Shown here in pieces: positions 30,558 through 40,578 of a stretch of DNA of 64,000 nucleotides. A model generated the notes under the pieces. The model made no database searches, was not told where the DNA came from, and saw only the letters and a list, made by a program, of their open reading frames with translations. Numbering within the stretch: position 1 is the stretch's first letter; every line of letters starts with the position of its first letter. The stretch is from positions 13,381 to 77,380 of the forward strand of contig JBILRW010000003.1 of assembly GCA_044372405.1 (NCBI GenBank). The letters are read 5' to 3'. Source of the DNA: Alphaproteobacteria bacterium. Its GTDB lineage: Bacteria; Pseudomonadota; Alphaproteobacteria; JAJTHO01; CANGYM01. The position numbers were made by a program, and so were the translations under genes.

Positions 30558-31313
30558 CTACCCAAAACTCTGCACCAAAGAGCCCGCCAAAATATACCAC
30601 CCATCCACCAAGACAAAGAAAATCAGCTTAAACGGTAAGGAAATGGACACCGGCGGCAGCATCATCATCCCCATGGACATTAAAATGCTGGACACCACCA
30701 TATCGATAATCAAAAACGGGATGAAAATCAAAAACCCCATTTCAAACGCGCGGCGCAATTCACTTAGGATAAAGGCGGGGATGAGTATGCGAAACGGCAG
30801 GGCTTCGGGGGTGGTCACCTCCGTTTTTTTCACCAGATTCACAAACAACGCCACATCCTTTTCCCGAACTTGCTTTCGCATAAAGGCATGAAAGGGCTTG
30901 CCCACCAGCGTTAACGCTTCTTCTTCTGTGATTTTTTCCGCCATCATGGGCTCAATGGCGGTGGTATAGGCTTCTTCTAACGTGGGCGTCATAATAAACA
31001 GCGTCATGAAGAGCGCCAAGCCAATCAGCACCACATTGGGCGGGGTTTGTTGCAACCCCAGCGCAGTGCGCAAAAAGGAAAACACAATAATAATGCGGGT
31101 AAAGGATGTCACCATCACCAAAATGGACGGCGCCAGGCTAAGGACCGTAATGAGGGCCACCAACTGAAAAATTCGTCCCGAGGCCTCCCCCTGCATCTCG
31201 TCCGCAAAATCAATGGAAATGGCCTGGGCCCAGGCCCCAGCGGGACCAAGCAGCAGAATCGCCACAAAAAAACCAAGGATCATACCAACCCTGGTCATGA
31301 CAACTTTAGACAT
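30558..31313 (-). CDS. fliP: Flagellar type III export apparatus protein FliP
   Basis: 251 aa with a signal-like N-terminus and the FliP-conserved segments IIVFSFLRTALG and PFKLIFFVLVDGW. Confidence 0.85.
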   Translation of the reverse strand: MSKVVMTRVGMILGFFVAILLLGPAGAWAQAISIDFADEMQGEASGRIFQLVALITVLSLAPSILVMVTSFTRIIIVFSFLRTALGLQQTPPNVVLIGLALFMTLFIMTPTLEEAYTTAIEPMMAEKITEEEALTLVGKPFHAFMRKQVREKDVALFVNLVKKTEVTTPEALPFRILIPAFILSELRRAFEMGFLIFIPFLIIDMVVSSILMSMGMMMLPPVSISLPFKLIFFVLVDGWYILAGSLVQSFG

Positions 31314-31375
31314 AGGGTGTTTCCTCTCCCTTTATTGTCCCCATGGGGCCTAAATTGGGGTCAAAAGTCAAGGGT

Positions 31376-32380
31376 CTATCGACACGCACAACCGGAAAAA
31401 TCATCAGGGCAGCGCGCGGGGGGCGGACAGAGAGCGCCTGGGGCGGACAGAGTGGTTTTTACCACATCCGCCAGAGCCGCCATATACAGGGGATGATCCG
31501 CCACAGTACCAATGCGTGTCATTTGGGGAACGCCGGCTTCCTCAGCCAAATGTCGGTATTCAATATCCAGCTCCACCAGGGTTTCGGAATGCTCGGACAC
31601 AAAGGCAATGGGGACAATGGCCAGATTTTTTTTCTGGTCCCCTGCCCTCTTAAGTTCCGATTCTGTGGACGGTCCAATCCATGTCATGGGTCCGACACGA
31701 CTTTGATAACAAATCTGAAAATCCAGGTTTGGGATGGCCAACTGGGCCACCACCGCCGCCACGGTTTGTTCCACCTGCCATTGATAGGGATCTCCGTCTT
31801 TCACAATTTTTTCGGGCAACCCATGGGCGGAAAAGAGGACTCTCGTGTTGGTAAAATCAACAGCGGCCTCGGTGATTTTGGCCGCAACGGCCTGAATCCA
31901 CAGGGGGTGCGTTGGATAACAACAGGCGGTTTGGGTGGGGGCGGCTAGTCCCTTTTCCTTGGCCACCTCATACCATTTTTTCACCGATGATCCGGTTGTT
32001 GTGGTTGAAAATTGGGGATAAAGGGGCAGTAAAATCACACGATCCGGGGCATAGGCCAAAACATCATCCACCACAGCCTCTGTCATGGGGTGCCAATAAC
32101 GCATGCAAATAAAGGTCTTTGTATCAGGCCCAAGCAGGGTCTGCAGGGCGCTGGCCTGAGCCTGAGTATTTTCCAAAATGGGGGATTTGCCCCCGATGTG
32201 ATCATAAATTTTCGCCGCCACGGGGGCCCGTTTGCGGGAAATCAGCTGCGCCAGCAGGTACCGAAAGAATCCAGGCACCCGTATAATTGCCGGATCATTA
32301 AACAAATTAAACAAAAACGGGCGTACGGATTCGGTTTTATCCGGTCCCCCAAGATTAAACAAAACAACGGCGGTTTTCAT
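31376..32380 (-). CDS. hemH: Ferrochelatase (with C-terminal Cys-rich extension)
   Basis: Starts MKTAVVLFNLGGPD at the ATG at 32380. The track ORF overextends to 32716. The C-terminus CPPPARCPDDFSGCAC is consistent with [2Fe-2S]-type ferrochelatases. Confidence 0.85.
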   Translation of the reverse strand: MKTAVVLFNLGGPDKTESVRPFLFNLFNDPAIIRVPGFFRYLLAQLISRKRAPVAAKIYDHIGGKSPILENTQAQASALQTLLGPDTKTFICMRYWHPMTEAVVDDVLAYAPDRVILLPLYPQFSTTTTGSSVKKWYEVAKEKGLAAPTQTACCYPTHPLWIQAVAAKITEAAVDFTNTRVLFSAHGLPEKIVKDGDPYQWQVEQTVAAVVAQLAIPNLDFQICYQSRVGPMTWIGPSTESELKRAGDQKKNLAIVPIAFVSEHSETLVELDIEYRHLAEEAGVPQMTRIGTVADHPLYMAALADVVKTTLSAPGALCPPPARCPDDFSGCACR

Positions 32381-32504
32381 GATGCGTGCTTTCTCTATCT
32401 CTTGATGTCCTAAGAAAACGCTTTCTTGGAAAACCCTCCCTCGACATCTTGGCGTCTTTATGTCACAAGAAAGCCCTGTGATCAAATGATTCTGGGGGAA
32501 AGCC

Positions 32505-34184
32505 ATGGCCGAGCAATATATTTTCACCATGCAGGGCGTAACCAAACGCTTAAAAACCGGAAAAACCCTGTTTGATAACATCTGGTTGTCGTACTTGCCC
32601 GGCGCAAAAATTGGTGTCATTGGGCACAATGGATCCGGTAAATCCACGTTACTCAAAATCATGGCGGGGCTGGATACGGATTTTACCGGCGAAACCATCC
32701 TGGCCAAGGGGGCCAAGGTTGGCTATCTGGCGCAAGAGCCCGATATGGACCCAAACAAAACCGTCCGCGAAGTTGCCACCGAAGGGTTGGGCGAGATCTC
32801 TCAGATGCTGCAAGAATTTGAGGCCATCAGCCTAAAAATGGCGGAAGAGATCACCGATGATGAAATGAACGCCCTGCTGGAAAAACAGGGGGATCTTCAG
32901 GAAAAAATCGATGCCGTGGACGGATGGGATCTGGACCGGCACATAGATATTGCCATGGATGCCTTGCGCTGTCCGGAGCCCGATCAAAAAGTGGGCGTTC
33001 TTTCCGGCGGGGAAAAACGCCGCGTGGCCCTGTGTCGTCTGCTGCTGCAAAAGCCCGATATGCTGCTGCTGGATGAGCCCACCAACCACCTGGATGCTCT
33101 GTCCGTGGCCTGGCTGGAACGTCATTTGCGGGATTATGCGGGTACTGTGATTGTGGTCACCCACGACCGGTATTTCCTGGATAACATCACCGAATGGATT
33201 TTGGAAATCGACCAGGGGACCTTTCGCCCGTATCACGCCAATTACAAAGAATGGCTGAAACAAAAACAAAAAATCCTGCACGATCAGCAAAGCCAGGAAA
33301 ATAAACTGTCCAAAGCCCTGGAAGAAGAACTCGCCTGGGTCAATGAATCCCCCAAGGGGCGGATGAAAAAAAGTAAGGCCAGGCTCACCGCCTTTGAAAA
33401 ATCCACGGCGAATCAACGGGAAACCAAGGCCTATACCTCTCAGATCATTATTCCGGACGGGGAAACCTTGGGCGATCAAGTCATTACCTTTGAGGATATT
33501 ACCAAGGCCGAAAATGACCGCGTGCTGATTGATGCCTTTTCTGCCGCCATCCCCAAGGGGGCCATTGTGGGGATTATCGGGGCCAACGGGGCGGGGAAAA
33601 CAACGCTGTTTCGCATGATTACGGGGCAAGCCACCCCCGATACCGGCAGCATCGCCATCGGGCAAAAGGTCAGTTTGGGATACGTCGATCAATCCCGGGA
33701 TATTTTAAACGATGAGGACACGATCTGGCAGGCCATCTCCGGCGGGGCGGAGGTTCTGGATCTGGGTGGGCGCGATGTTAACAGCCGCGCCTATTGTTCC
33801 TGGTTTCATTTTAAGGGGGCGGATCAACAAAAAAAACTCCGGGATCTCTCCGGCGGAGAGCGCAACCGCGTTCACTTGGCCCGCATACTCAAGGCCCGTC
33901 ACAACGTCCTGCTGCTGGATGAGCCCACCAATGATCTGGACATTGAAACCCTGCGCGCTCTGGAAGAAGCCCTGTTGGATTTTTCCGGCGTGGCCCTGAT
34001 TATTTCCCACGATCGCTGGTTTTTGGACCGGATTGCCACCCACATCATTGCCTATGAGGGGGATTCCAACGTCCATTTCCACGTGGGAAACTACGCCAGC
34101 TACGTCGATGACGCCAAGGCCCGCCTGGGTGATGACCTGCTGGCCCCGCATCGGCTGAAGTATAAGGCACTGCGGCGGGGGTAG
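32505..34184 (+). CDS. ettA: Energy-dependent translational throttle protein EttA (ABC-F ATPase)
   Basis: 559 aa with two ABC domains (GHNGSGKST; GANGAGKTT) and the characteristic EttA N-terminus MAEQYIFTMQGVTKR. Confidence 0.9.
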   Translation: MAEQYIFTMQGVTKRLKTGKTLFDNIWLSYLPGAKIGVIGHNGSGKSTLLKIMAGLDTDFTGETILAKGAKVGYLAQEPDMDPNKTVREVATEGLGEISQMLQEFEAISLKMAEEITDDEMNALLEKQGDLQEKIDAVDGWDLDRHIDIAMDALRCPEPDQKVGVLSGGEKRRVALCRLLLQKPDMLLLDEPTNHLDALSVAWLERHLRDYAGTVIVVTHDRYFLDNITEWILEIDQGTFRPYHANYKEWLKQKQKILHDQQSQENKLSKALEEELAWVNESPKGRMKKSKARLTAFEKSTANQRETKAYTSQIIIPDGETLGDQVITFEDITKAENDRVLIDAFSAAIPKGAIVGIIGANGAGKTTLFRMITGQATPDTGSIAIGQKVSLGYVDQSRDILNDEDTIWQAISGGAEVLDLGGRDVNSRAYCSWFHFKGADQQKKLRDLSGGERNRVHLARILKARHNVLLLDEPTNDLDIETLRALEEALLDFSGVALIISHDRWFLDRIATHIIAYEGDSNVHFHVGNYASYVDDAKARLGDDLLAPHRLKYKALRRG

Positions 34185-34211
34185 ACTAACGAGATATAAG
34201 GGAAATCCGCC

Positions 34212-35180
34212 TTAATCCCCATACCACAACGCCCGAAACACACTACGCCCATCGGCTGTGCCTTGACCGGCCAAGTCATGGGCTGTGCCGTGATCTGGTG
34301 AGGTCCTGAGAAACGGCAGCCCCAGCGTTACATTCACCGTGTTCCAAAAATCCAGGGCCTTAATGGGGCCCAAAACCTGGTCATGATACATCCCCACAAT
34401 GACATCATAACGATTCAGATCCCTAAAAACCGTATCCGCCGGTAGTGGACCCTCAAGATGGGCAGACAGTTTTTTTTTCAACGTGTTAAGGGTGGGGGTG
34501 ATCACTGTTTGTTCCTCTTTTCCCAAATGCCCTTCTTCCCCCGCGTGGGGATTTAAACCGCAAACGGCGATTCTTAGGGGGAGAAAACGGGACTTTAGGC
34601 TGTCAACCAACACTGTGAGTGTTTTGGTTAAACGTTCGGGCGTAATCGCTTGGGGCACAGCTTTCAGCGGGATATGAATGGTTAAGGGCACCACCCGCAG
34701 TGCCGGTGCGTCCAGCATCATCACCACATCATCCGCCGCCAAACCGCACAAATTGGCCAGATAATCCGTGTGTCCCGTGGCGGTAAAGCCCGCCTGATAC
34801 AAACTGGCTTTATGCAGGGGCAATGTCATTAAGGCGCGGGCCAGGCCCAACCGCAGATGCTGAGCGGCGGTTTTCAGGGCAAGAAGAGTGATGTCTGCAT
34901 ACAAGGGCGACGGGGTTCCTATGGTTAACGCCGAGGGTCCTGGCAGAGGGAAGACGGGTAAAGCATCCTGAAAAAGGGTAACGGCGTCTTGGGGCGTATC
35001 AATGGTTTGCACGGGAATCGTTAAGCCCAAACAGTCGGCCATAGCCTCTACATGATCCGGATGGGCCAACAGATAAAACGGGGGTAAAGGGTTCCCCTGG
35101 CGATTCACCCAAAGGCGCAAAAGAATATCCAGCCCGACACCGGTGGGATCTCCACATGTGACCGCCAGGGGAGGCATCAT
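34212..35180 (-). CDS. pdxA: 4-hydroxythreonine-4-phosphate dehydrogenase
   Basis: 322 aa with the PdxA family motifs TCGDPTGVGLDI and GHTDYLA. Confidence 0.85.
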   Translation of the reverse strand: MMPPLAVTCGDPTGVGLDILLRLWVNRQGNPLPPFYLLAHPDHVEAMADCLGLTIPVQTIDTPQDAVTLFQDALPVFPLPGPSALTIGTPSPLYADITLLALKTAAQHLRLGLARALMTLPLHKASLYQAGFTATGHTDYLANLCGLAADDVVMMLDAPALRVVPLTIHIPLKAVPQAITPERLTKTLTVLVDSLKSRFLPLRIAVCGLNPHAGEEGHLGKEEQTVITPTLNTLKKKLSAHLEGPLPADTVFRDLNRYDVIVGMYHDQVLGPIKALDFWNTVNVTLGLPFLRTSPDHGTAHDLAGQGTADGRSVFRALWYGD

Positions 35181-36427
35181 CCGTCAACTCGGACAATCAC
35201 GGCGTTTTCTCTTTCCCGGCGCAGCAATTGTTGCGACAACTGCGTAGCTCGCTCGGAAAAGAGCGCCCGTTTGATATTTTCCGAATCCGCATCCACCACC
35301 GTGTTGGTATACTGGGGATTGTTCTGCTGGCAAATGGTCATAAACACCAGGGTATTGTCCATGGGCATGGGGGGGGTGGTTTGATTCTGGCTGAGTTTCA
35401 TCACCTGCTCCTGAACCGGTTTGGGCATTTTCCCAACGGTAATGCCGCGACTATAGCCCGAGGCCGTATAGCCACGTTCTTTGGCCAACGCCTCTGCCGA
35501 CGCGCAATCTTTAACCGTCTCTTTGATTTCCAACGCAGCCTCAGCCGCCTTGGCATCATCCACAAAGGGAACAATGGTCTGAAACACATCCATCAACGTT
35601 TGATTTTCCATGACAACACCCACCAGGCGTTGATCATTGACTTTATAGATTTTATACCCCATTTGTGTGCGGATGGGCTGACTAACCCCCCCTTTATCCA
35701 GGCGCGTAATGACCTTTTGAACATCGGGGGGCAATTGATCTGCCACCAGCCAACCAATGGTGCCCCCGTTGGCTGCCGTGGCACTTTGGGAAAACTGACG
35801 GGCCACACTTTCAAAACGGGCCCCTTTAACGATTTGATCATAAAGGGTCTGGGCGTTTTTGGCCATTTCGTCTTCTTGTGACGGAACATTCACAAACAAC
35901 AGAATTTCCGACAGATAATATTCTGTTTTTCCCTGGTTGCGGGCCATTCTGGCCTTGGTAATGGCAATATCCGCATCGGAAATCATCATTTGGTCGCGAT
36001 ATTTTTTTTGAATCACCTGCTGCCAACCCAGGGTCGCCAGGATTTGTTTTTTCAGCGTGGTTTCATCAATGCCCTTTTTTTCCATTTCTGGAATCAACTG
36101 ACCCGGGGCAATGTTGTTGCGCTTTTCAATAGAGGTATAGGTTTTTTTGATTTCTGCGTCATCGATGTCGACCTCTTCTCGCTTGGCCACTTGACGCTGC
36201 ACTTCTTCGTCAATCAAAAGTTCCCGGACCTGCTGACGGAGTTGATCCTTGACCCGTTCATCCTCTGGCATTTTTGAGGAAAGAAAAAGAATCGTTAAGC
36301 GTGTTTCCACATCATGTGTTGTAATAATCGCATCCCCCACACGGGCGGCAATGCCCGTTTCCGCCATTCCTGATGATGTGGGCAAAGCCAAAAAACCCAC
36401 AAAAAATAAAAAGAACAGCCTGATCAT
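35177..36427 (-). CDS. surA: Periplasmic chaperone/peptidyl-prolyl isomerase SurA
   Basis: 416 aa with a signal peptide, a SurA N-terminal domain, and a parvulin PPIase domain. ATGA-coupled to pdxA. Confidence 0.75.
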   Translation of the reverse strand: MIRLFFLFFVGFLALPTSSGMAETGIAARVGDAIITTHDVETRLTILFLSSKMPEDERVKDQLRQQVRELLIDEEVQRQVAKREEVDIDDAEIKKTYTSIEKRNNIAPGQLIPEMEKKGIDETTLKKQILATLGWQQVIQKKYRDQMMISDADIAITKARMARNQGKTEYYLSEILLFVNVPSQEDEMAKNAQTLYDQIVKGARFESVARQFSQSATAANGGTIGWLVADQLPPDVQKVITRLDKGGVSQPIRTQMGYKIYKVNDQRLVGVVMENQTLMDVFQTIVPFVDDAKAAEAALEIKETVKDCASAEALAKERGYTASGYSRGITVGKMPKPVQEQVMKLSQNQTTPPMPMDNTLVFMTICQQNNPQYTNTVVDADSENIKRALFSERATQLSQQLLRRERENAVIVRVDG

Positions 36428-36439
36428 GAAAACACTCCC

Positions 36440-37552
36440 TCAACGATCTCTTGTTTTTGTTTTATCGGATCCATTGTCCAGCGCCTTTTCGGCCTTATGA
36501 AGCAAAAAATCAGCCGGGTAGGGGGAAATCCGAAAGGCCCAACGATCCGCCTTGGCCTGAAGTTCTGCCACATCCGAGGCCACCACATCATGCGGCTGTA
36601 ATTCCAGGCTGCCGGTAAAGTCTTTGGGTTTTTGTTTTTCCCAAGCGGCGGGGGACTTGGCCTCAATGGTTTTTGCCTCAAGCACCGCCCACAGTGATTT
36701 TTTCTGGGCGTCTTGATAACCTTTTAGGCTTGCATGAAAGCCATCAAACGTGCTGAAGCTCACCGTCAAAACAGGGGATTGATCTTTAAACGCATCCGCA
36801 GGTTTTAAATCGGAAAACGCCAAGGATGCAGCCCACTGGTGAATGATGGACTCTAAAATCACACGGGTTTTATCAGCCAAGGCAGCCCCCCCTTCCCCCT
36901 CTTGCCAGGATGGCTGAAAGGGTGTTTGGCGCCTGGCGAGCCCTTGGATTTTGTTCGTTACCCAAGAAACTTCCTTTAACCGCGAGGCATCCAGGGCCCA
37001 CAAAACAGGATCCAAATAGGCCTTGGGATCCTTAAGAAACGGCAGTCCCCCCCGCGTCCAATAGACGGTGTCTTTAACACGAACATAAAGATCCGGATGC
37101 AATGACCCCGATAATAACGGCTCTTCCTTGCCCATAATAAAAGAAATAACCTCTTTTTCGCCTGCTGATAAAACAACGCTTTGGGCCTGAGATCCCTTGG
37201 TTTTGGGATCATCTACCGCCAGAGAGGCATAATGTTTCGGGTCTTTTGTTTTTTCCTCGATAATTTTTGCATCAGCTAAGCTGACCAACGTCCGGCGCAC
37301 CGCGGAAAACTGGGCGGGCAATCCGTCATAGCCCGATACAAACCAGGCGCCGTCTTTGCGTTTCAGAATGATTGGCCCCATGGCTTGGGTTAAGGCAATG
37401 TGATCAATGCTGTTGATCTGTCTTTCTAAACCCGGAAATACCTTTGATGACGCATCATCTTCTGTCTTTTGGGGGCTTAAGGATGTCCACGCCGCCGCTG
37501 CAAGGACAAAAATCCCCAAAACCAACCCCACAACTTTAGGATGCTTATGCAT
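36440..37552 (-). CDS. DUF4340-like periplasmic protein (accessory to GldG-type ABC system)
   Basis: 370 aa with a signal/TM N-terminus and no catalytic motif. Proteins of this type (DUF4340) commonly sit downstream of gldG-like genes. Confidence 0.45.
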   Translation of the reverse strand: MHKHPKVVGLVLGIFVLAAAAWTSLSPQKTEDDASSKVFPGLERQINSIDHIALTQAMGPIILKRKDGAWFVSGYDGLPAQFSAVRRTLVSLADAKIIEEKTKDPKHYASLAVDDPKTKGSQAQSVVLSAGEKEVISFIMGKEEPLLSGSLHPDLYVRVKDTVYWTRGGLPFLKDPKAYLDPVLWALDASRLKEVSWVTNKIQGLARRQTPFQPSWQEGEGGAALADKTRVILESIIHQWAASLAFSDLKPADAFKDQSPVLTVSFSTFDGFHASLKGYQDAQKKSLWAVLEAKTIEAKSPAAWEKQKPKDFTGSLELQPHDVVASDVAELQAKADRWAFRISPYPADFLLHKAEKALDNGSDKTKTRDR

Positions 37553-37561
37553 AGTCTCCCC

Positions 37562-39511
37562 CTAAAACCAACGAAAGGAGCGGGATTTTCTCAAAATCCC
37601 AAAGGCCAGCAACGTCACCAATAACGGAACCGCCAGAATATTGAACACCCACAACCGTTGTTCCAAACGGGATACATCTTGACGCAGGGACCGCTGAATG
37701 TTGCGCAAGTCTTGACGTAGGCTCACCAGTTTGGCTTGCAACTCACGAATCACTGTTTCCTGGGCCTCACCCAAGGCTGTGCCGTTTTTCATCAGATCGT
37801 TCAGCTTGGCCTCAGCCAGATCCATTTCCTGGCGGGTTTTTTGTTCTTTGACCTGAAAGGCTTCCTCCGCATGCCGCTGCATGGTGTCCAAAACCGTTAA
37901 ATTTCGGGTCTTTACCGTGCGAGGCCGTATTGACATTAACATTGTGTTGCCGCTGAGGTACGCCAGCGCATTTTGAACAAACGTCCCGTTTTGGGCCGTG
38001 GGGATGGCCACCACTTGTCCCATCATCTGGGCTTTTTGCAGCCAAAAACCATCATACAGCATATCCACATCCGCCACCGCAATGATATGGGCCGCCTTTT
38101 GAGACGCCTTAATTTTTTCCTGGCTGGGCAGGCCCGCAGCGGAAGATTTTTTGGTCGCACCGCCCTCTTTTTCAATCACAACAGGCTGAGGGGCCCCAGA
38201 AGGGAGATCTGTTGGTTTCGGCAATTCTTTTTCATCAGGGAAGGCGCGTGTCACGGAGCCCTCAAGACGAACCGCCAGAGAAAACGGCTTGTTGCCTGGG
38301 GAAAAACCCTTAAGCAAACGGGCAACATCAGGCGTTGGGCGGATATAGGAAAGATCCATAGCAGCAGATTCCGGGCTGCTGCTGGCCAAGACCGTTTGGC
38401 GAAGCCCTGGTAGAGGGCTTAGGGTAAACGATCCCGTAGACGCCAACGCCAAGGTATCAACATCCGCCGTGACCATGTCATCGGCCAGCAGTTTGGCTTT
38501 GGGCACGGCAAGCCAGCCGTAATAGGTAAGCTCGCGCTCGTACCCCCCCACATTGCCCGTCACGCGGCGACCCAGGGCCGCATCGGCCACAAAATGTTGA
38601 TCATCAAAACTTAAGCCCCACGTTTTGAGAAGCTGGTCCAGCTCTGGGGAGACGATGCCGCTAGACGCCGGCGATTGCCCCTGAATTTCCACAAACGGAT
38701 CCATAAAGAGGAGCAGTCGCCCCCCCCCCGCCACATAACGATCGATGGCTTTTAGGGTCTCTTTGCCCAAGGTCTGGGGCTGCACCACCATCAGAACATC
38801 TGTTTTTTCGGGAATGGCGGTGACTGTTGTGGCCAGGGGTTCAATGTTAAAAAAGGTTTTCAGCTGATCCATAATCATCCATGGATTTTGCCCGCCCCCA
38901 CCAAAGGGGGAGGCCGCCTGCCCCAATAAAGGGATACTGGAAAGAAGAGACAAGGTTTTTTGCGCGGGATGGGTGAGTTGGTACAGTGCCTGGGTCAGAT
39001 CATACTCCAAATAACGCTCTCGCTCCACAGGGAAAAAGGGGATCACCTGGCGGGCTGATCCGCCGCCCGTGGCCACCAAACCCAAATAGAGTTTCTCCCC
39101 CGTGGGGGTGGGAATGCCTTTTAGGCCAATGCTGATGGCCTCATCCTCCTGATCCGAAAAGGGGACGGGATTATAAATGTGAACCCTCAGTTTTCCGTTG
39201 GAAAGATCCTCGTACGCCTTTAACAGCTCAATGATGCGATCCGCAAATGCACCATACTGGGGGGCTTGTTGCCCCAGGGCGCGGGAATAATACAGGCGAA
39301 CCGTCACAGGCTCAGGCAGGGAAGAAACAATGCTTCGGGTTCCTTCGGACAGGGTGAACAGGCCTTCCTCCGTCGTGTCCAAAAATAACGATTTTCCCAC
39401 CGCCAGATGAATCAAGAACAAGACCAAGACATAGGCGATCACATAAATGGCTACAGCTTTCCAGGAAAGATGAGAACATAAACGAGAAAGACGCTCTTTA
39501 AACACGATCAT
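37562..39511 (-). CDS. ABC-2 transporter auxiliary component, GldG-like
   Basis: 649 aa with N- and C-terminal TM helices and a large extracytoplasmic domain. Overlaps the upstream ABC-2 permease gene by 4 nt. Confidence 0.65.
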   Translation of the reverse strand: MIVFKERLSRLCSHLSWKAVAIYVIAYVLVLFLIHLAVGKSLFLDTTEEGLFTLSEGTRSIVSSLPEPVTVRLYYSRALGQQAPQYGAFADRIIELLKAYEDLSNGKLRVHIYNPVPFSDQEDEAISIGLKGIPTPTGEKLYLGLVATGGGSARQVIPFFPVERERYLEYDLTQALYQLTHPAQKTLSLLSSIPLLGQAASPFGGGGQNPWMIMDQLKTFFNIEPLATTVTAIPEKTDVLMVVQPQTLGKETLKAIDRYVAGGGRLLLFMDPFVEIQGQSPASSGIVSPELDQLLKTWGLSFDDQHFVADAALGRRVTGNVGGYERELTYYGWLAVPKAKLLADDMVTADVDTLALASTGSFTLSPLPGLRQTVLASSSPESAAMDLSYIRPTPDVARLLKGFSPGNKPFSLAVRLEGSVTRAFPDEKELPKPTDLPSGAPQPVVIEKEGGATKKSSAAGLPSQEKIKASQKAAHIIAVADVDMLYDGFWLQKAQMMGQVVAIPTAQNGTFVQNALAYLSGNTMLMSIRPRTVKTRNLTVLDTMQRHAEEAFQVKEQKTRQEMDLAEAKLNDLMKNGTALGEAQETVIRELQAKLVSLRQDLRNIQRSLRQDVSRLEQRLWVFNILAVPLLVTLLAFGILRKSRSFRWF

Positions 39512-40248
39512 AGTGCGCCCCCTTTTTTCCTTTCAATCATCACCGCCGCTAAAAACACAAAGAGTGCACTGATAATCAGCACCGTTGCCACATCCGCCAA
39601 ATAAAAGACCCCCCGTGTCCAATTTTCAAAGGAGGCAATCAGCGAGAGCCGCCCAAGAAAATCCATCAGGGCGCCCGGGGCCCAGCCAGCAAAAAACGTC
39701 AGCACTACCGGAGTGCCCATAACCAAAAAGAAAAAACAAATCGCCGCCGCCGAAACAAAAGCCACCACCTGATTTTTGGTCACGCTAGAACAAAAAAGAC
39801 CAATGGCGGCAAACTGGGCCCCCACCAAGAGCGCGCCGATATAGCCGCTGAGAATGACGCCAAAATCAGGTTCCCCCAAATAAAAAATTGTCACGACAAA
39901 GGGAAATGTCAGAAGCAGGGTTAATCCTAAAAAAATCAAAACACTAAAATACTTCGCCCGATTGGCCTGATAGGTGGACAGGGGCAGGGTGAGAAGGAGT
40001 TCCAGAGTCCCCTTTGAGCGTTCCTCTGCCCACAACCCCATGCTGAGCGCCGGCACAAACAGCAAAAACAACCACGGCAAAAATTGAAAAAACGGGGATA
40101 AATCGGCCCTATTCATGCCGAGCAAGTCACCCAGGAAAAAGGTCAGGGCCCCCGCCAGAATCAAAAACAGCACCATAAACACATAGGCCACGGGGGTTAA
40201 GAAAAAACGATACAGCTCCCGCTTAATAAGCGTCCTTGTCACAGACAT
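39508..40248 (-). CDS. ABC-2 family transporter permease (GldF-like)
   Basis: Polytopic membrane protein. The probable start is MSVTRTLIKRELYRFF at 40248; the track ORF extends to 40296. Confidence 0.65.
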   Translation of the reverse strand: MSVTRTLIKRELYRFFLTPVAYVFMVLFLILAGALTFFLGDLLGMNRADLSPFFQFLPWLFLLFVPALSMGLWAEERSKGTLELLLTLPLSTYQANRAKYFSVLIFLGLTLLLTFPFVVTIFYLGEPDFGVILSGYIGALLVGAQFAAIGLFCSSVTKNQVVAFVSAAAICFFFLVMGTPVVLTFFAGWAPGALMDFLGRLSLIASFENWTRGVFYLADVATVLIISALFVFLAAVMIERKKGGAL

Positions 40249-40430
40249 GACGGCGTGATCCTTTCGCTCAACATTATTGATTCTCAGCGGCTGCATCTTT
40301 TCACAAAATCCTGCCCCAGGGCAAGGGGGTTGTTTTCAGTCAAAGCAAATTAGAAATGTCCCCCACCCCAACCTTGACAGAAACCCCCGCACCCCTTAAT
40401 CCATAGGTATTAAGTATCGGGACTTATGCA

Positions 40431-40525
40431 CATCGTCATTGCGAGCCTCCGTAAGAGGCGTGGCAATCCGGTCTTTGCTACTTCTGGCATTCCTGGATTG
40501 CTTCGCTACGCTCGCAATGACGATG
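40431..40525. repeat. 95-bp palindromic (MITE/REP-like) element with 16-bp perfect terminal inverted repeats
   Basis: CATCGTCATTGCGAGC at 40431-40446 is the exact reverse complement of GCTCGCAATGACGATG at 40510-40525. The interior also carries a near-palindrome (GGCAATCCGG / CCTGGATTGC). Sits in the divergent intergenic region. Confidence 0.7.
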
Positions 40526-40578
40526 GTTATGCGTAAGCTCTGAGTATAATAGATGATAAAAGGTCAGAGGGTTTCACT

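Noticed and set aside
31343-31948. 201-aa plus-strand ORF inside hemH
   Set aside because: Antisense shadow ORF of ferrochelatase, Gly-rich and low-complexity.
31376-32716. 446-aa version of ferrochelatase ORF
   Set aside because: Ferrochelatase homology begins at MKTAVVLFNLGGPD (32380). The upstream 110 codons have no homology and run into the ettA promoter region.
32832-33692. 286-aa minus-strand ORF
   Set aside because: Antisense to the ettA ABC-F gene, which has two clean Walker A and signature motifs. GC-rich shadow ORF.
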